From positions 32,001-96,000 of the IMG/VR virus record IMGVR_UViG_3300014613_000018: a stretch of 64,000 nucleotides of DNA; one strand, 5' to 3'. The notes beneath the pieces were generated by a model. It was given only the letters and a program-made list of their open reading frames with translations, had not been told where the DNA came from and did no database searches. The first letter of the stretch is position 1. Each line of letters starts with the position of its first letter. The stretch is from a virus. Made by a program: the position numbers and the translations under genes. Below are positions 52,221 through 63,805 of the stretch, piece after piece.

Positions 52221-52811
52221 TTAACTCCTTACTAACATTTTAGGTTCAACAATATTCATAAAATCTTCCAATTTAAGGATGTAAACATGCTCCATATAAG
52301 GTAAATGTTCTTCCTCAATAAACTTTTTAGTAATTCCTACACTGCGAAATTGCTTACTATATAGACTACTCACATTAGTACCTGCCAGAGGGTACATTAT
52401 GTAATCTGGAAAGTAATTTTTAGTAAACACTAACATTGGAATTTTACTAGCTCTAAATCCTTCATTACAAGATTGATACCAGTATTCTCCTAATCCACAT
52501 GGAGCATTAGGCTTACCTATATTTTTACCTTTTTGGATAAGTGAAGGTGCTTTAGCAATAGTAGTCTGAAACAATTCCTTAAAATCCCAACTTTCAGTAC
52601 ATTTACACTCAATGGTTGCATTAAATCCTTCAGGTGTACATAGATCACCAATTACATCATCTCTTTTTGCCCATCTTAATCCGCCCGATGCTGGCGTCTT
52701 GAAAAACTCACCTTCTAATTCACCACTTTGCCACCAAGCTGTAAACAGTTTAGCAATCTTCCTCTCGAATGTGCTACCCTTATTCTTCGCACCTTTTCCT
52801 TGTGATGCCAT
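52221..52811 (-). CDS. Holliday junction resolvase (Hjc-like PD-(D/E)xK)
   Basis: KGSTFER, TPASGG, GDL, IECK, W.Q. Confidence 0.8.
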   Translation of the reverse strand: MASQGKGAKNKGSTFERKIAKLFTAWWQSGELEGEFFKTPASGGLRWAKRDDVIGDLCTPEGFNATIECKCTESWDFKELFQTTIAKAPSLIQKGKNIGKPNAPCGLGEYWYQSCNEGFRASKIPMLVFTKNYFPDYIMYPLAGTNVSSLYSKQFRSVGITKKFIEEEHLPYMEHVYILKLEDFMNIVEPKMLVRS

Positions 52812-53593
52812 TATTCAAGTGTAAAATAAGGATGGTAAGGTACCGTCCACGGCACTGTAGGGTATGGATTGTAAGGTTCACCAAGAGGATAAGTAGGATA
52901 CTGAGTTATGTAAATATACTCCTTTTCCTTCTCTACTCCAAACATATCGTTAAGTTCCTTCTGTAGTGCTTTAGCTTCCTCTACAGTTAACTCTAATTTA
53001 TCACCATCAATATTCTCTATTGTAATCTTAGTTGTTTCTATCATTATAGTATCTCCAATTCATTTTCAATCTCTACAATCCTAGCAGTTACACACTCCAT
53101 GAAAACAACTTCAACATTATCTATAGCATCTTGTAGTGCTTGACTTGTAACCCTATTTTCACTAAGAGAAAATAAACTTGTACGATGAATGTTGTCAGGT
53201 AACTTACTTGAGGTGTGAGGATAAGAATAACTAAGACTCTGTTCCGCCCACTCCGCTGCTACTCTAACATACCCCTTTAAAACCATCAGTTCATCTAACA
53301 ATTTTTCTACTCTATCTGCGTATTCAAGTTTCATTCTAAAATCCTTCCCATTCTACAGGAGCTTCAGGTTCTACTCCATTTTCTTCACATTCTTTTATAT
53401 ACTGATTTATTACATTACAAATTACACTTCTAAGGCCATTATAATAACTACACCAAGGTACTGTATCTCTAATCATCCCACCTAATTCACCTGCATAACT
53501 TCCATCATCTTGTAAGTGACCTATTGTCCAGTAACCAGTATGGTCATCTTTGAAGTAAATTAGATTACTTTGCTTAGACTCAGTTTCAAACAT

Positions 53594-53951
53594 TTATTCT
53601 CCCGTATAAAAAATCATTGCTTGAGCATAACCATCCCAGTCTTCCTCTACTGTCCAACATACACCACCTTGAGGAATCCAACCGTCTACAATATGAGCAT
53701 TAACCTTTTCACATAAAGAATCTAAGTTTTCCGCAGTTACAACATTATACTTCATTTTATTCCTCTCTTAACTTTTTTACAATCTTACTCAACCAACCCT
53801 TAAAAGAATCTTGTTTAATCATTGCTTGAATGTATCTGTCATTATCATAATGGATACCACCTTGACACTTCCAACCTTCATTTAAGTGAATATTTACTCT
53901 ATCCTTTAACTTATAAATACTGTCACTTCTAATGAAGTCATATTGCATACT
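53594..53951 (-). CDS. two tandem DUF1737-like paralogs (53757..53951, 53594..53755)
   Basis: Both Y...L..VN.H...GW..QGG....Y.QAMI; second is not in ORF track. Confidence 0.75.
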
Positions 53952-54405
53952 CAAGTCCTGTAAAATCTTCACCTTTGAAAGTGTCAACATTGCCTACAAA
54001 TTTACTACTTACAATTACTAGCTCTTCAATCTCACCATAATTATTTACTGCACTCTTGTTTCTAAGTTCCTCTGTAGCACCACAAATAAATCTCTCTTCA
54101 GACTCACCTGTAACAGTATCCTTAACCTTGTACTTGTAAACCTGTTCTGTCATTTTTCCTCCATTTCATATAAATTATTCATTTCGCCTACTGGAAAATA
54201 CTTCTGAATTACTCGTTTAATCTCATCACACATTGCTAACATTTCTGGCCCTTCAGGTAAATTCTTATCCTCAAATCTCATTATAGTTCCGGCTCCACTA
54301 TACATAAATTCATCTGGGTAACCGTGTGACCTAATTTCAATAATTCCTTCATCGTCACTTTCATTCATTCTTGCAAAGAAAATATTTAACCTTACTGCAT
54401 CTTTG

Positions 54406-55080
54406 TTAATCATTATTGTCCTTTTCTACTAATTCCATTTCTTGTACTAATACCTTAAATAGTCTAGGTGATTTATCATCCATTTCACTAAAAATTGCAA
54501 ATCCTTTTTCAGGGTTAAAAGATATACACTGATACTTATCTTCAAAGTTATTCTCAGCACCACACATGATTGACCATAAATCATTTATGATAGTGTACTC
54601 AATAGTAACATAAGGTGCTATTACATCTTCACTTAGCTTAACTGCATGTTCAGATGCAATATCAGTTGCTTCTACTACCTTTTCAAGTACAAAGTAAGGA
54701 AATGCATACTCATCACTATTAGAAAACCTACAGGAAACCCCATAATAATCAAACTCTATAACTTCTCCTTCTTGACCTACACTATCCGTCATTTCTTCTA
54801 CCCAACAGTCATTCCAACCATCTTCATAATCTTTGGCTATTCTAGTAACTCTTACCTTGTCACCTTCCTGAATATCATTTGCAATTGACCACTCAGATTG
54901 TCTATCATTATAAGATTTAGCTACTTTCTTTTTGGTTTCCTTAACTGCTTCCTTATACTTTTTAGTGTTCATACAATTACCACAAGTAACCATATTGACA
55001 CTTTTAGTAGTGTCATGCGAATTACCTACAACTCCACAAGCAGTATAATACTCATTCACATCAAAGTGTATCTTTTCCAT
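54406..55080 (-). CDS. hypothetical protein with zinc-binding and SH3-like segments
   Basis: H..TACG...VTCGNC; GDKVRV...W...M...VG. Confidence 0.5.
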   Translation of the reverse strand: MEKIHFDVNEYYTACGVVGNSHDTTKSVNMVTCGNCMNTKKYKEAVKETKKKVAKSYNDRQSEWSIANDIQEGDKVRVTRIAKDYEDGWNDCWVEEMTDSVGQEGEVIEFDYYGVSCRFSNSDEYAFPYFVLEKVVEATDIASEHAVKLSEDVIAPYVTIEYTIINDLWSIMCGAENNFEDKYQCISFNPEKGFAIFSEMDDKSPRLFKVLVQEMELVEKDNND

Positions 55081-55090
55081 TTCAACCTTT

Positions 55091-57037
55091 CTAATTAAAT
55101 TCTATCCAACTTGTTTTATTTTTCCTGCAAACTGTCCACTCACCATCAAAGCTGTCACTTAAAATATCACTTGTGTTACTTATTACAAGTACTGTTTTAA
55201 TTTCCTTTTTTATCTCAAACAGCAAGTCCATAACTTTACTCTTACCTACATCATCTAAACTCAAGAATATCTCATCCATGATAATGAAATCTAATTTTAC
55301 TCTACTGGTAACTAAATGATGCAAGGCTAAATTCACACACATATTTACACGATTCTGCTCGCCTGAGGACAGCTTATGATACTGATTTGAACCGTACTTG
55401 TCAAGTACCTCTATCTGTAGCTTATTACGAGATTCAGTTTTACTACCACTACCAATTTCTGTCTCACCACTGAAAGCAATTTCTATCTCACCCTCACAAA
55501 GTATATCTGCAAACCTTTGAGCATTCTTTGTCAGCTGTGGTATGATTGATCTGACAAGCAAATTTCTTATACCTGTAGGCCCAAATCCAATCTTCCAGAA
55601 GTCTAAATCTTCCATTAACTCTGTTAAATCATCTGCTTGTTCTTCTATATCCTCAATTTCATCTTCCAGCCTTATAATCTCCTTTTCAATCTGACTGGAA
55701 TCCTCACTCATAGGAGGTACTTCATTCTCTAAATTACTTATACTTACTTCAACATCACTAATTCTAGCATTAGTATTCACAATATCACTTGCTATAGACT
55801 TGATTCTTGAACTAATTCTGTCTACCTTACTCTTCTGTGATACTACATCATTCCTTAAACTTCTAACCTTATTCAATTCATTCTCAGCATTAGTATACTC
55901 TGAATATATTAAACCTCTCTTTTCAACCAGTGATTCTAATGCAGACTCATACTCCTCAACTTGCTTATTCTTTTCATCTATAATTTCATATAAATATTCC
56001 TCTGAAACTTGATTAAAACACTTAGGGCATGTTGCAGTACCTCTCATACTTTGTGCTTGTTTTACATCCAAATTAAGTGTTTTTATTAAGCCTTTATACT
56101 CACCTTGCTTTTCATCAATCTCACTAAGTTTAACTCTAGCTTCTTTTTTAGCAGTTTCAAACTTAGATTCATCAATACCTTTAATTGATAATTCTAATTT
56201 ATCAAGTTCCTTTTCTGCTACTGACAATTCTTTAGCTAAACTAACCTTTGTATCTTCTTGGTCTGATACTTCTTTCCTAAATTGGGAAACTTTGTTCCTA
56301 AATTGGGAAAGTTTAACTAATTGCTGTTCATTCCAGAGTTTAACCTTATCAGCAACTTGAGTTAACCTTACTTTTTCTCTTTCAATATGCGAGTTTAATT
56401 TATCAATTTTAGTATCACAGTTTGAGAGGTCAAGATTAACTTCCTTCTGTCTATCTCTAACTCGCTGTCTGGCTAATTCCAACTCTTCAAGATGCAGCAA
56501 TTTAGAGAATATCTCTTCCTGTTTACTGCTGGTTTTAGAAGCAAATGACTCACTTGAACTAGCAAATAATGCGGCTGTAATAAATGAATCATAATCTAAC
56601 TGTAAAAATTGATCTATGTTATCCTGTGTAACCTTAGTAGTATTACCTCTGCAATCCTTACTGTCAATGAAGAACAGTGTAAAATCACCATCAATTTCAA
56701 CTTCATCACTACCATTAGAGTAAGTATTTCTATCACATTTAATGCCTCTAACTATGTAGGCAGTCTTATTATTCTTAGTAACCCAACCTTCTACTATACA
56801 ATTTTTACTAGCATCCTCATTTATCATTTCTGATTTCTTAAACTTCTCAGGATACACACCATAAAGTAAATATGCTACAGTGTTGAGAATAGTAGACTTA
56901 CCACACCCATTAGAAGATTTAGCTCTGGAACTGATATGCTTACCTCTAACTGAAACCAATCCTTGATTATTAAAATCAATTTCAACAAGCTTGTTACCCC
57001 ACGCTAATAGATTTCGTGCTTTTAAGTTAATTTGCAT
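55091..57037 (-). CDS. sbcC: Rad50/SbcC-like ATPase (gp46-like)
   Basis: NGCGKST, coiled coil with CPKC hook, LSSGE, IIMDE. Confidence 0.92.
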   Translation of the reverse strand: MQINLKARNLLAWGNKLVEIDFNNQGLVSVRGKHISSRAKSSNGCGKSTILNTVAYLLYGVYPEKFKKSEMINEDASKNCIVEGWVTKNNKTAYIVRGIKCDRNTYSNGSDEVEIDGDFTLFFIDSKDCRGNTTKVTQDNIDQFLQLDYDSFITAALFASSSESFASKTSSKQEEIFSKLLHLEELELARQRVRDRQKEVNLDLSNCDTKIDKLNSHIEREKVRLTQVADKVKLWNEQQLVKLSQFRNKVSQFRKEVSDQEDTKVSLAKELSVAEKELDKLELSIKGIDESKFETAKKEARVKLSEIDEKQGEYKGLIKTLNLDVKQAQSMRGTATCPKCFNQVSEEYLYEIIDEKNKQVEEYESALESLVEKRGLIYSEYTNAENELNKVRSLRNDVVSQKSKVDRISSRIKSIASDIVNTNARISDVEVSISNLENEVPPMSEDSSQIEKEIIRLEDEIEDIEEQADDLTELMEDLDFWKIGFGPTGIRNLLVRSIIPQLTKNAQRFADILCEGEIEIAFSGETEIGSGSKTESRNKLQIEVLDKYGSNQYHKLSSGEQNRVNMCVNLALHHLVTSRVKLDFIIMDEIFLSLDDVGKSKVMDLLFEIKKEIKTVLVISNTSDILSDSFDGEWTVCRKNKTSWIEFN

Positions 57038-57282
57038 CTAACTGTTCCTTCTCAAAACAAGAATGCAAGTATCGTATAACTTGTGCTATTGCATATCTTT
57101 GAATGCCTTGTACTGTCGTATAATCAAGCTGTTCTTCCATCAAATCTAAATCATATAACAAACCTTCTATACTTTGTTGTGAAAACCCCTCCAATGAAAC
57201 TAAGTAGTTACCTGCAATACTAGGTATTACTAAGTTACCTTTATTTAGCTCACCTTGCACAACTTGCATCGCCTCAAGATTT

Positions 57283-58338
57283 TTAGACATTTATTAACTC
57301 CTTACCTAACTTCTTTAACCTGTTATGTTGTCTCTTTTTATTACAAGTAATCTCCACATATTTATCCACCATCAATTCCCATGATAAATTTGCTTGTATA
57401 ACCTTATCTTCATCTACTACTTGCTCTTTTCGCTCACCTGTAGTAGCATAAACATTTTCATCCTTCTCTAACCTTTCAATATCCTTCCTAGTAACACCTG
57501 TAACCTTAATGTAATTCTTACCTTGATAATCATTAGGATTATAATTTTTAGCTTCAACTTCAATAAATTTAGGAGAATCTAATGTTACCCTTTGATTATT
57601 AGTTCTCCATTGACCATTAACTAATTCTAACTCAACTATCATGTAGCCTCTATCAGCAGGTTTATCTACAAGAGAATGTTGGCAAGGCGACCCAATGTAA
57701 TAGACAGAGTTCTTTTCATCTAAACATTGTGGAAGATGATAGTGACCAAGGTAGCTGCCTAAAAACTTATCTACCTGTAACTCACCTAATGTAACTGGTT
57801 CTTTAGAAACATGGTCAAACCCACTAAGGAAAGCATTTTCAATTCCTACATGAGCAAACAGAAGTCTATTACTATTCTTACCTTGCTTCAAAAGTAATTC
57901 TAATGATTTTATTGAACCACGATATTCCTCATAGGGAAGAAAATAACAATCGAAACCACTTATAGGAATTATACAAGGCTTATCTATTACATTACAAATA
58001 TCCTTCATGTTCTCAAAGGCATGAACTGTACCATTGATATTGGCTTGATCGTGGTTGCCCACGAGAAGGTAAACAATTATTCCTTTTTCTTTAGCATAGA
58101 GAAGTAAAGTTTTAATATAATTGTTAATAGAATCTTCTCTAATGTTTCGGTTATGGTTCATGTCACCTAGAATAAAAAGATACTTAATTCCTTCAGCAAC
58201 ACAATCATCTACAGTTTGCTTGAATGTAGCACCTATTTCCTCTATTCTGTCTGTTAACATGTCCTCACGAAGTAAAGAAATATTCTTGAACAAGCCAACA
58301 TGATTATCTGCTGTAGCTACTAATTTGAAATTATTCAC
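57283..58338 (-). CDS. sbcD: Mre11/SbcD-like nuclease (gp47-like)
   Basis: ADNH, LGD, GNHD, AH, GHYH. Confidence 0.92.
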   Translation of the reverse strand: MNNFKLVATADNHVGLFKNISLLREDMLTDRIEEIGATFKQTVDDCVAEGIKYLFILGDMNHNRNIREDSINNYIKTLLLYAKEKGIIVYLLVGNHDQANINGTVHAFENMKDICNVIDKPCIIPISGFDCYFLPYEEYRGSIKSLELLLKQGKNSNRLLFAHVGIENAFLSGFDHVSKEPVTLGELQVDKFLGSYLGHYHLPQCLDEKNSVYYIGSPCQHSLVDKPADRGYMIVELELVNGQWRTNNQRVTLDSPKFIEVEAKNYNPNDYQGKNYIKVTGVTRKDIERLEKDENVYATTGERKEQVVDEDKVIQANLSWELMVDKYVEITCNKKRQHNRLKKLGKELINV

Positions 58339-58823
58339 TCTTTCACACTCCCAATATTAAACTCTTTAACAGTATTCTTAAACACTGCTTCTAACACTTC
58401 ACCATAATGAAACCTATCCTTGTTTATTTCAATCGACTTGTTAATATCACCATGCTCATGCCTAGTTGTAGTAGCACACCAATCTACAAACATTTCAATT
58501 ATATCTACTAAATTCATCCCTAGTATCTTATCCTTATGATAACAAGGGTGATGCCTATTTATACTGTAATGATGGTTCAATGCTTCCTGCATTTCGACTA
58601 AATTTTGAGTATATTCTTCAGTGCCGTATTCAAGGTGCTGTAAATTAGGAGTATGAGTATCAAATGCTTCCTTTTCAGGACTACTTAATTTACTTAAATC
58701 ATGCTCTTGTCCTCTAATCAATAACTGGTGTGCAATAAACCTTAAATACTTGTCTACTAGCTTAATGTGAGCTAAAGTATCTGGAGCACTGTCATATACT
58801 TGTTCCACTATATTTTCCTCCAA
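58335..58823 (-). CDS. HD-superfamily protein (DUF5662-like)
   Basis: H...HDLSK...E...HHY..NRHHP...EM..DW. Confidence 0.8.
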   Translation of the reverse strand: MEENIVEQVYDSAPDTLAHIKLVDKYLRFIAHQLLIRGQEHDLSKLSSPEKEAFDTHTPNLQHLEYGTEEYTQNLVEMQEALNHHYSINRHHPCYHKDKILGMNLVDIIEMFVDWCATTTRHEHGDINKSIEINKDRFHYGEVLEAVFKNTVKEFNIGSVKE

Positions 58824-59114
58824 CTTTCATCTTTTCCATAAGTCATTCTCTGTAACCACATTTCAGCATGATAGTCTGTTAGTATCACATAATAAAATTT
58901 AACAGGCTGCGTACTACGGTACTTAAATCTAATGAAATGACAAGGACACTTCAAGTAATTCATACACAGTAATCTTAACTTCTCTAAATTCCTGTGCATA
59001 ACATAGAACACATAATTTCCCTTAGCATCTTTCAATGGATAAATACCATTCTTACCTCGTTTAACTCTACCTAAAGCCTTACGATACTGTACAATATTCC
59101 ATGTTCGTTTACTT

Positions 59115-59339
59115 TTAATACTTATCCTGAAAGATGGCAACATCATGTGGGAAGAGTCTTGTTCTACCATTTGCCTCTGCTCTCTTTTTAGAACTCATTA
59201 ACATTAAGTATAATGCATACTCTATTGCATCCTTAGTTTCAGGGCCAATCTGATTACCTGACAATATCTCCTTAACTCTAGTCCATTTAACACAACCATG
59301 ATGCCTGTTAGCAATATCTCTGTCTAGCTTACTTGACAT
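59115..59339 (-). CDS. putative histone-fold protein (74 aa)
   Basis: VKWTRVKEIL...IGPETKDAI...KRAEANGRTRLFPHDV fits the three-helix prokaryotic histone pattern with RxxxxxxD; likely start ATG 59339. Confidence 0.7.
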   Translation of the reverse strand: MSSKLDRDIANRHHGCVKWTRVKEILSGNQIGPETKDAIEYALYLMLMSSKKRAEANGRTRLFPHDVAIFQDKY

Positions 59340-59822
59340 AATAAATCCCACATTCAATTTTAGTATTATCAATAATGAACTTTGAAATGAATAATTTATC
59401 CCATTCCTTATGATTATCTCCAGCAACTTCAATCCTATTACCTTCAATAAAAAATGGAAGTAAACCCTCTTCAATCCTGCCTAGTATATCATCCTGAAAC
59501 TCTTCTGTAGTCATAGGCTTAGTAATCCATTCATCCATTACTAAAGTATCAGGCCATGTAATTCTAATTATATGTTTCTTTTTAATATCAGTCTGTTTAG
59601 GTTCATTCTGTTCAGGCGTACTAATCTGTTTCATTGTTATCCTCAATCACAGGAGTATCTAAAATATCTTCACAGTTTATTTCTTCTCTAATTAAAATGC
59701 TACCATCATAATCTATTGTAACAAGATAGCCAAACCTAGCTATAGCAGACAGCAACATTAGCTCATTTTGTGCCTTCAATTCAGCACTACCTCTAAACTT
59801 ATCTGTGTAAATCTTGAACTCT

Positions 59823-60746
59823 CTAAATTTCATTATTCAACACTCCAAAATACATTTCAATTTCCTTCCAGTGATCTAAAATGCTCCAACAATCTACATC
59901 AATAAGTAACTCTTGAGCCTCTTCACTATTATACATTCCCCAAACCATTTTGTCAAGTACCTCGTCATGTGTTATTGGTACTTCTGATAAGTCTATTAAC
60001 TTTTTAGCTAATTCAAACTCTAATTTAGCTTCAGGTGTAAAAGCCTTCTGCAACTTTACAGGTATATCCGCTAACTTACATTCAGCAAACAATTCATAAC
60101 CCATCCAACCTAATATTTCAAGTGCTGTCTTCTCGCCACAACCTTGTATTCCTTTAATTTTATCCGATGTATCGCCCACCATACACTTATAGGTTAAGAA
60201 ATCAAATGAATCTACTCCAACAATTTCCTTAAAATTCTCTAAACCTATTACTTCCTCTTTACTAGGATTAAATATTCTCAAGTTATCTGAAACTAACTGT
60301 AAGTAATCTCCATCTGAACTTATGATTACCTTTTGTTTATCCTTAAATATCCTACTTAATACTGCAATTATATCGTCAGCTTCAAAGTAATCTACATCAA
60401 TATAATTTACACCTAAGTTATAAAATATATCTTTAAGGTAATCAACTTGCTCATAAAACTGTTCTTTAGGAATAGGTAAATTAGACTTCCTACCTTCCTT
60501 ATAACCACTGTAAATTTTCCTTCGCCGGTCTCTACTATGCTTACCTTCACCTACAATGTAAACCTGTTGAGGATTAAACCTTTCCACATACATTCTAAGT
60601 GCGTTAATAACACCATAGATCACACCTGTAGACTGGTCATTATACTTTAGTTTACCTTGTGTGTAAACCATTCTGTAACATAGGTTCATGTAGTCAAAAA
60701 CTAAAATGTCACAATTTTTAGCTCGTAAAGACCGACGTTTGTTCAA
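59823..60746 (-). CDS. 5'-3' exonuclease / flap endonuclease (T4 RNase H-like)
   Basis: VFD.MN, R...Y..YK.GR, FEADD, SSDGDY.QL, GDTSDKIKGI.G.GEKTA. Confidence 0.92.
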   Translation of the reverse strand: MNKRRSLRAKNCDILVFDYMNLCYRMVYTQGKLKYNDQSTGVIYGVINALRMYVERFNPQQVYIVGEGKHSRDRRRKIYSGYKEGRKSNLPIPKEQFYEQVDYLKDIFYNLGVNYIDVDYFEADDIIAVLSRIFKDKQKVIISSDGDYLQLVSDNLRIFNPSKEEVIGLENFKEIVGVDSFDFLTYKCMVGDTSDKIKGIQGCGEKTALEILGWMGYELFAECKLADIPVKLQKAFTPEAKLEFELAKKLIDLSEVPITHDEVLDKMVWGMYNSEEAQELLIDVDCWSILDHWKEIEMYFGVLNNEI

Positions 60747-60752
60747 TTAAAG

Positions 60753-60971
60753 TTACCCTTTCTTAGAAAGTATTGCTGCAATAACGATAATAACTACTCC
60801 TACCAACATTACTCCAATAAGTATAGCAAGTCCTATCCAGAGTGGACTAAGCACCCACACCCAACTCCATGCTATAACTCCACAAAGCTTCAACACAATA
60901 AAAGCAATAGTAAGTAGCCCTGTAAATCCTATTCCTCCACTTGCTGTAGCACTAGCATTAGCTTGACTCAT
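60753..60971 (-). CDS. small conserved phage membrane protein
   Basis: GGIGF.GLLTI.FIVLKL.GVI.WSW.WVLSPLW. Confidence 0.75.
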   Translation of the reverse strand: MSQANASATASGGIGFTGLLTIAFIVLKLCGVIAWSWVWVLSPLWIGLAILIGVMLVGVVIIVIAAILSKKG

Positions 60972-60986
60972 TTCACTTTCCTTTCT

Positions 60987-62042
60987 TTACTTATTTAACA
61001 GTTCGGGGTTCTCTTGTAACATCTTTTCAATTACATCATCACCTGCAACATAAATAGGATTTCTTGTGCTGCCTTCTTGTCTACATCTATAACTATTACT
61101 TCCTATTGTAACTTTACCTGTTCCTTTTTCTGCCTTTCCACATTCTACCCAATAGTTAATTAAACCACTATAGTACTTCAACTCAGGTGTACTGTCTCCA
61201 AACAGCCAATCAACTGTACCTTCAGTAAATGGTTTAGCTATACGGTTTTTGATGACATTAAAATGCAACCTTGAACCTATTATCTTACTATCAGAGTCAT
61301 ATACTTTTCCAGCCTTACCATTAACAGCCTCAAACATTACTCTAATTTGTGACTGATAACCCACAGCCTTTCCACCACGGCTGATATATTTTTCAGCAGT
61401 AGGTGTTGCAGAAATGTTAGAATACATCTGATTGATTATTACAAACAAAGTATTAGATTTAGTTACTTTAGCTCTAATTCGCTTCAACCATATTCCAATC
61501 TCTTTAGCTTGAGCGCCTTGAGTAGCTTTCGGCCTATCTCCATCTAAATCTTGTGAAAATGGCATTGCTCCTAATGAATCCAATACAAATGTAAACAGTT
61601 TATCTCTACCATACTGTCTGTGAATTTCATCAATTAGAAATTCATACTGTTGAAACATTTCATCAAATGAGTATGGTCTAATTGTACCATCCTTTTCAAC
61701 ATTGCTAGGAGACAGTACAAGTAGTTGTTCTCTATCTAGCCCTATATTTTCAGCAAGTTCAGTATCATGTGCATCCTCTACATCTGCTAATGCTGCAATT
61801 CCTCCAAGCCTAATAGTATTTCTTAACAAGTGGTCTGCAATTAGTGTTTTTCCAGAAGATGATAACCCAGGGAGTTCAATTACATTGCTTGTGGGAAAGC
61901 CCCTACCTGAAGGGTGAATAGCATGATTCAAACTAGCACTACCAGTATCTATCCATGTTACATTTTCATACTGTGAGGCAAGTTCAGAGGAGGTATTAGC
62001 TCCTCCTCCAAACTTTTTATTAAAACTATCTTTCAAGCTCAC
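60987..62042 (-). CDS. recA: RecA/UvsX-like recombinase
   Basis: WIDTGS..LN, GLSSSGKT, DVE, VLDS, INQ, GGKA, KNR. Confidence 0.93.
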   Translation of the reverse strand: MSLKDSFNKKFGGGANTSSELASQYENVTWIDTGSASLNHAIHPSGRGFPTSNVIELPGLSSSGKTLIADHLLRNTIRLGGIAALADVEDAHDTELAENIGLDREQLLVLSPSNVEKDGTIRPYSFDEMFQQYEFLIDEIHRQYGRDKLFTFVLDSLGAMPFSQDLDGDRPKATQGAQAKEIGIWLKRIRAKVTKSNTLFVIINQMYSNISATPTAEKYISRGGKAVGYQSQIRVMFEAVNGKAGKVYDSDSKIIGSRLHFNVIKNRIAKPFTEGTVDWLFGDSTPELKYYSGLINYWVECGKAEKGTGKVTIGSNSYRCRQEGSTRNPIYVAGDDVIEKMLQENPELLNK

Positions 62043-62963
62043 TTATTTACTGCCTCTCTTACCCCTTGTAGGTCTCCCACTTTTAGCACCTCTAACTGGC
62101 TTTGGTTTATCTTCAGGTTCATCATCGTTACCATAAGGGGGAGTTTCACCTGTTTCTTCACCTTCCTCACCATTTCTAAGTGCTATTACATCCTGTAGTG
62201 TAGAGCCTTCAACAAGCAGCTTTGTCTCTTCATAATTAAGGAAGGGTTTACCATGCTCAAATATATCAGGTAGTACATTATTTATCTCTTCTGCTGCTTC
62301 CCAATCAAACTCGCCATCTTCAGTAGTAACCATAAATGATACTTCTCTGGTATCACTAACCCTGTAAGTAGTATCCTTCTGACCCATACCATGCCTTGTA
62401 ACTTCAATATCAGTACCTTCAAACAGCAAGTCTGGATCAGGTATTCTAGTGTCCATGTAAAGAGCCATTACATCGGTGTCTACAGTCTTGCTACATTCCC
62501 ACAGCCACACCTTTTTAGGCTCGTCACTGTTCTTCCAAAGGACAAATCTAGCAAACCTCTGAGAAGCCCACATATCATTAGCAGTATACTTATCCTTCTT
62601 GTCACCAGTTTCCTTCAATGCTGCAATTTCCTCACACACAGGACAATCTTCATCATTCCAGAAATTCAAACACGCACAAATCTGATTCTGTGAGCCTACC
62701 TTAAAGTGTGTTCTAAGCTCCTGATATGGCATTGCTTCATCTTCAAACTCAGCATCTTCATCCTCACTGTCAAGATAAAACTGTAGTGCTGCCTTTGAAG
62801 GTAGTATTCTAAGTATCCTCTTTTCCTTATCTTTCCATGAAGGAAGTCTATCTATCTTCACAAAATCAGAATTATTATTCTCATCCTGCTTCTTTTTATC
62901 TTCCATTCGCTTCTCGTAAATCTCTTCTGCCATCTTTGCTCTTGATTTTCCCCTTGTTGCCAT
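62043..62963 (-). CDS. single-stranded DNA-binding protein (gp32-like)
   Basis: RILP, H...C...CPVC, G.DI...R.G....T.Y; adjacent to RecA. Confidence 0.75.
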   Translation of the reverse strand: MATRGKSRAKMAEEIYEKRMEDKKKQDENNNSDFVKIDRLPSWKDKEKRILRILPSKAALQFYLDSEDEDAEFEDEAMPYQELRTHFKVGSQNQICACLNFWNDEDCPVCEEIAALKETGDKKDKYTANDMWASQRFARFVLWKNSDEPKKVWLWECSKTVDTDVMALYMDTRIPDPDLLFEGTDIEVTRHGMGQKDTTYRVSDTREVSFMVTTEDGEFDWEAAEEINNVLPDIFEHGKPFLNYEETKLLVEGSTLQDVIALRNGEEGEETGETPPYGNDDEPEDKPKPVRGAKSGRPTRGKRGSK

Positions 62964-63265
62964 TTAATTTTCCTTTCTTAACTATTCTTAGCTCTATAAA
63001 TTGTAACTAATGCTGAACCTAGGCTACCCATAGCATCTAACAGTGGAAACTCTACCTTCATTACACCACCAGTATCTTCACCTAGTATTTCCAACTTAAA
63101 CAGATGTCTAGTTATTTCTTTACCATCAACTCCAGAAAACTTAACCCAACTCAAAGGTACTCTAAATACCTCCAATTCAACTTCACCACCTACTATTTTA
63201 GGGTTCCATTTACCACTTCTAGCAGTAGGTACTATATATCCTCTTACTTCCTTGTATCCATCCAT

Positions 63266-63805
63266 TTACTTTCCCTTCTTACCTCTTATAGGCTTATTTC
63301 TTTTACCTTCTTCTCTAAATTTTTCTACTTCCTTTTCATTTACTTTTTCTTCAGTATTAACATTTAGATTTCCCATTCTACCTTGTGCTAATTCAATTTC
63401 TACTAGCTTTTTCAGATCACTATGGCGCATTCTCATAGCACTCAACTGTCCAGCAACAATACTAATCTGATATTCCTTAGCAATTATCTCTTCCTTAAAC
63501 CTGACTACAGTATCATCTGAATCCAACCTAGCATCAATATCCTTTGCAGTAGGCTTTTTACCTAATTCCTTTGTAAGTTCCTCTGTAATCTCACCTGTTA
63601 ACCTACCTTGAGTATTAGCAAATTCAGCTTGCTTCCTTTTAAGTGCAGTCCTTAACTCTGATTCTATACTTTCAATATAAGCATAATTAGAAGCATCCTT
63701 ATGTAACTCTTCAACTAAATCTGTTGAAATACTAAGATAATCATTGAAATCTACTTCTTGTGTACCATAAGCACCCAATTCTACTGTAATTACTGGTAAT
63801 CTCAT
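63266..63805 (-). CDS. UvsY-like recombination mediator (putative)
   Basis: Coiled-coil with K.T...I.A...D pattern; context. Confidence 0.5.
   Translation of the reverse strand: MRLPVITVELGAYGTQEVDFNDYLSISTDLVEELHKDASNYAYIESIESELRTALKRKQAEFANTQGRLTGEITEELTKELGKKPTAKDIDARLDSDDTVVRFKEEIIAKEYQISIVAGQLSAMRMRHSDLKKLVEIELAQGRMGNLNVNTEEKVNEKEVEKFREEGKRNKPIRGKKGK

Noticed and set aside
55091-55200. Rad50 His-switch reads ISN instead of ISH
   Set aside because: Single substitution with all other motifs intact; not interpretable without an alignment.
41841-63470. Numerous short + strand ORFs over the late/replication genes
   Set aside because: Shadow ORFs antisense to well-supported genes, without RBS.
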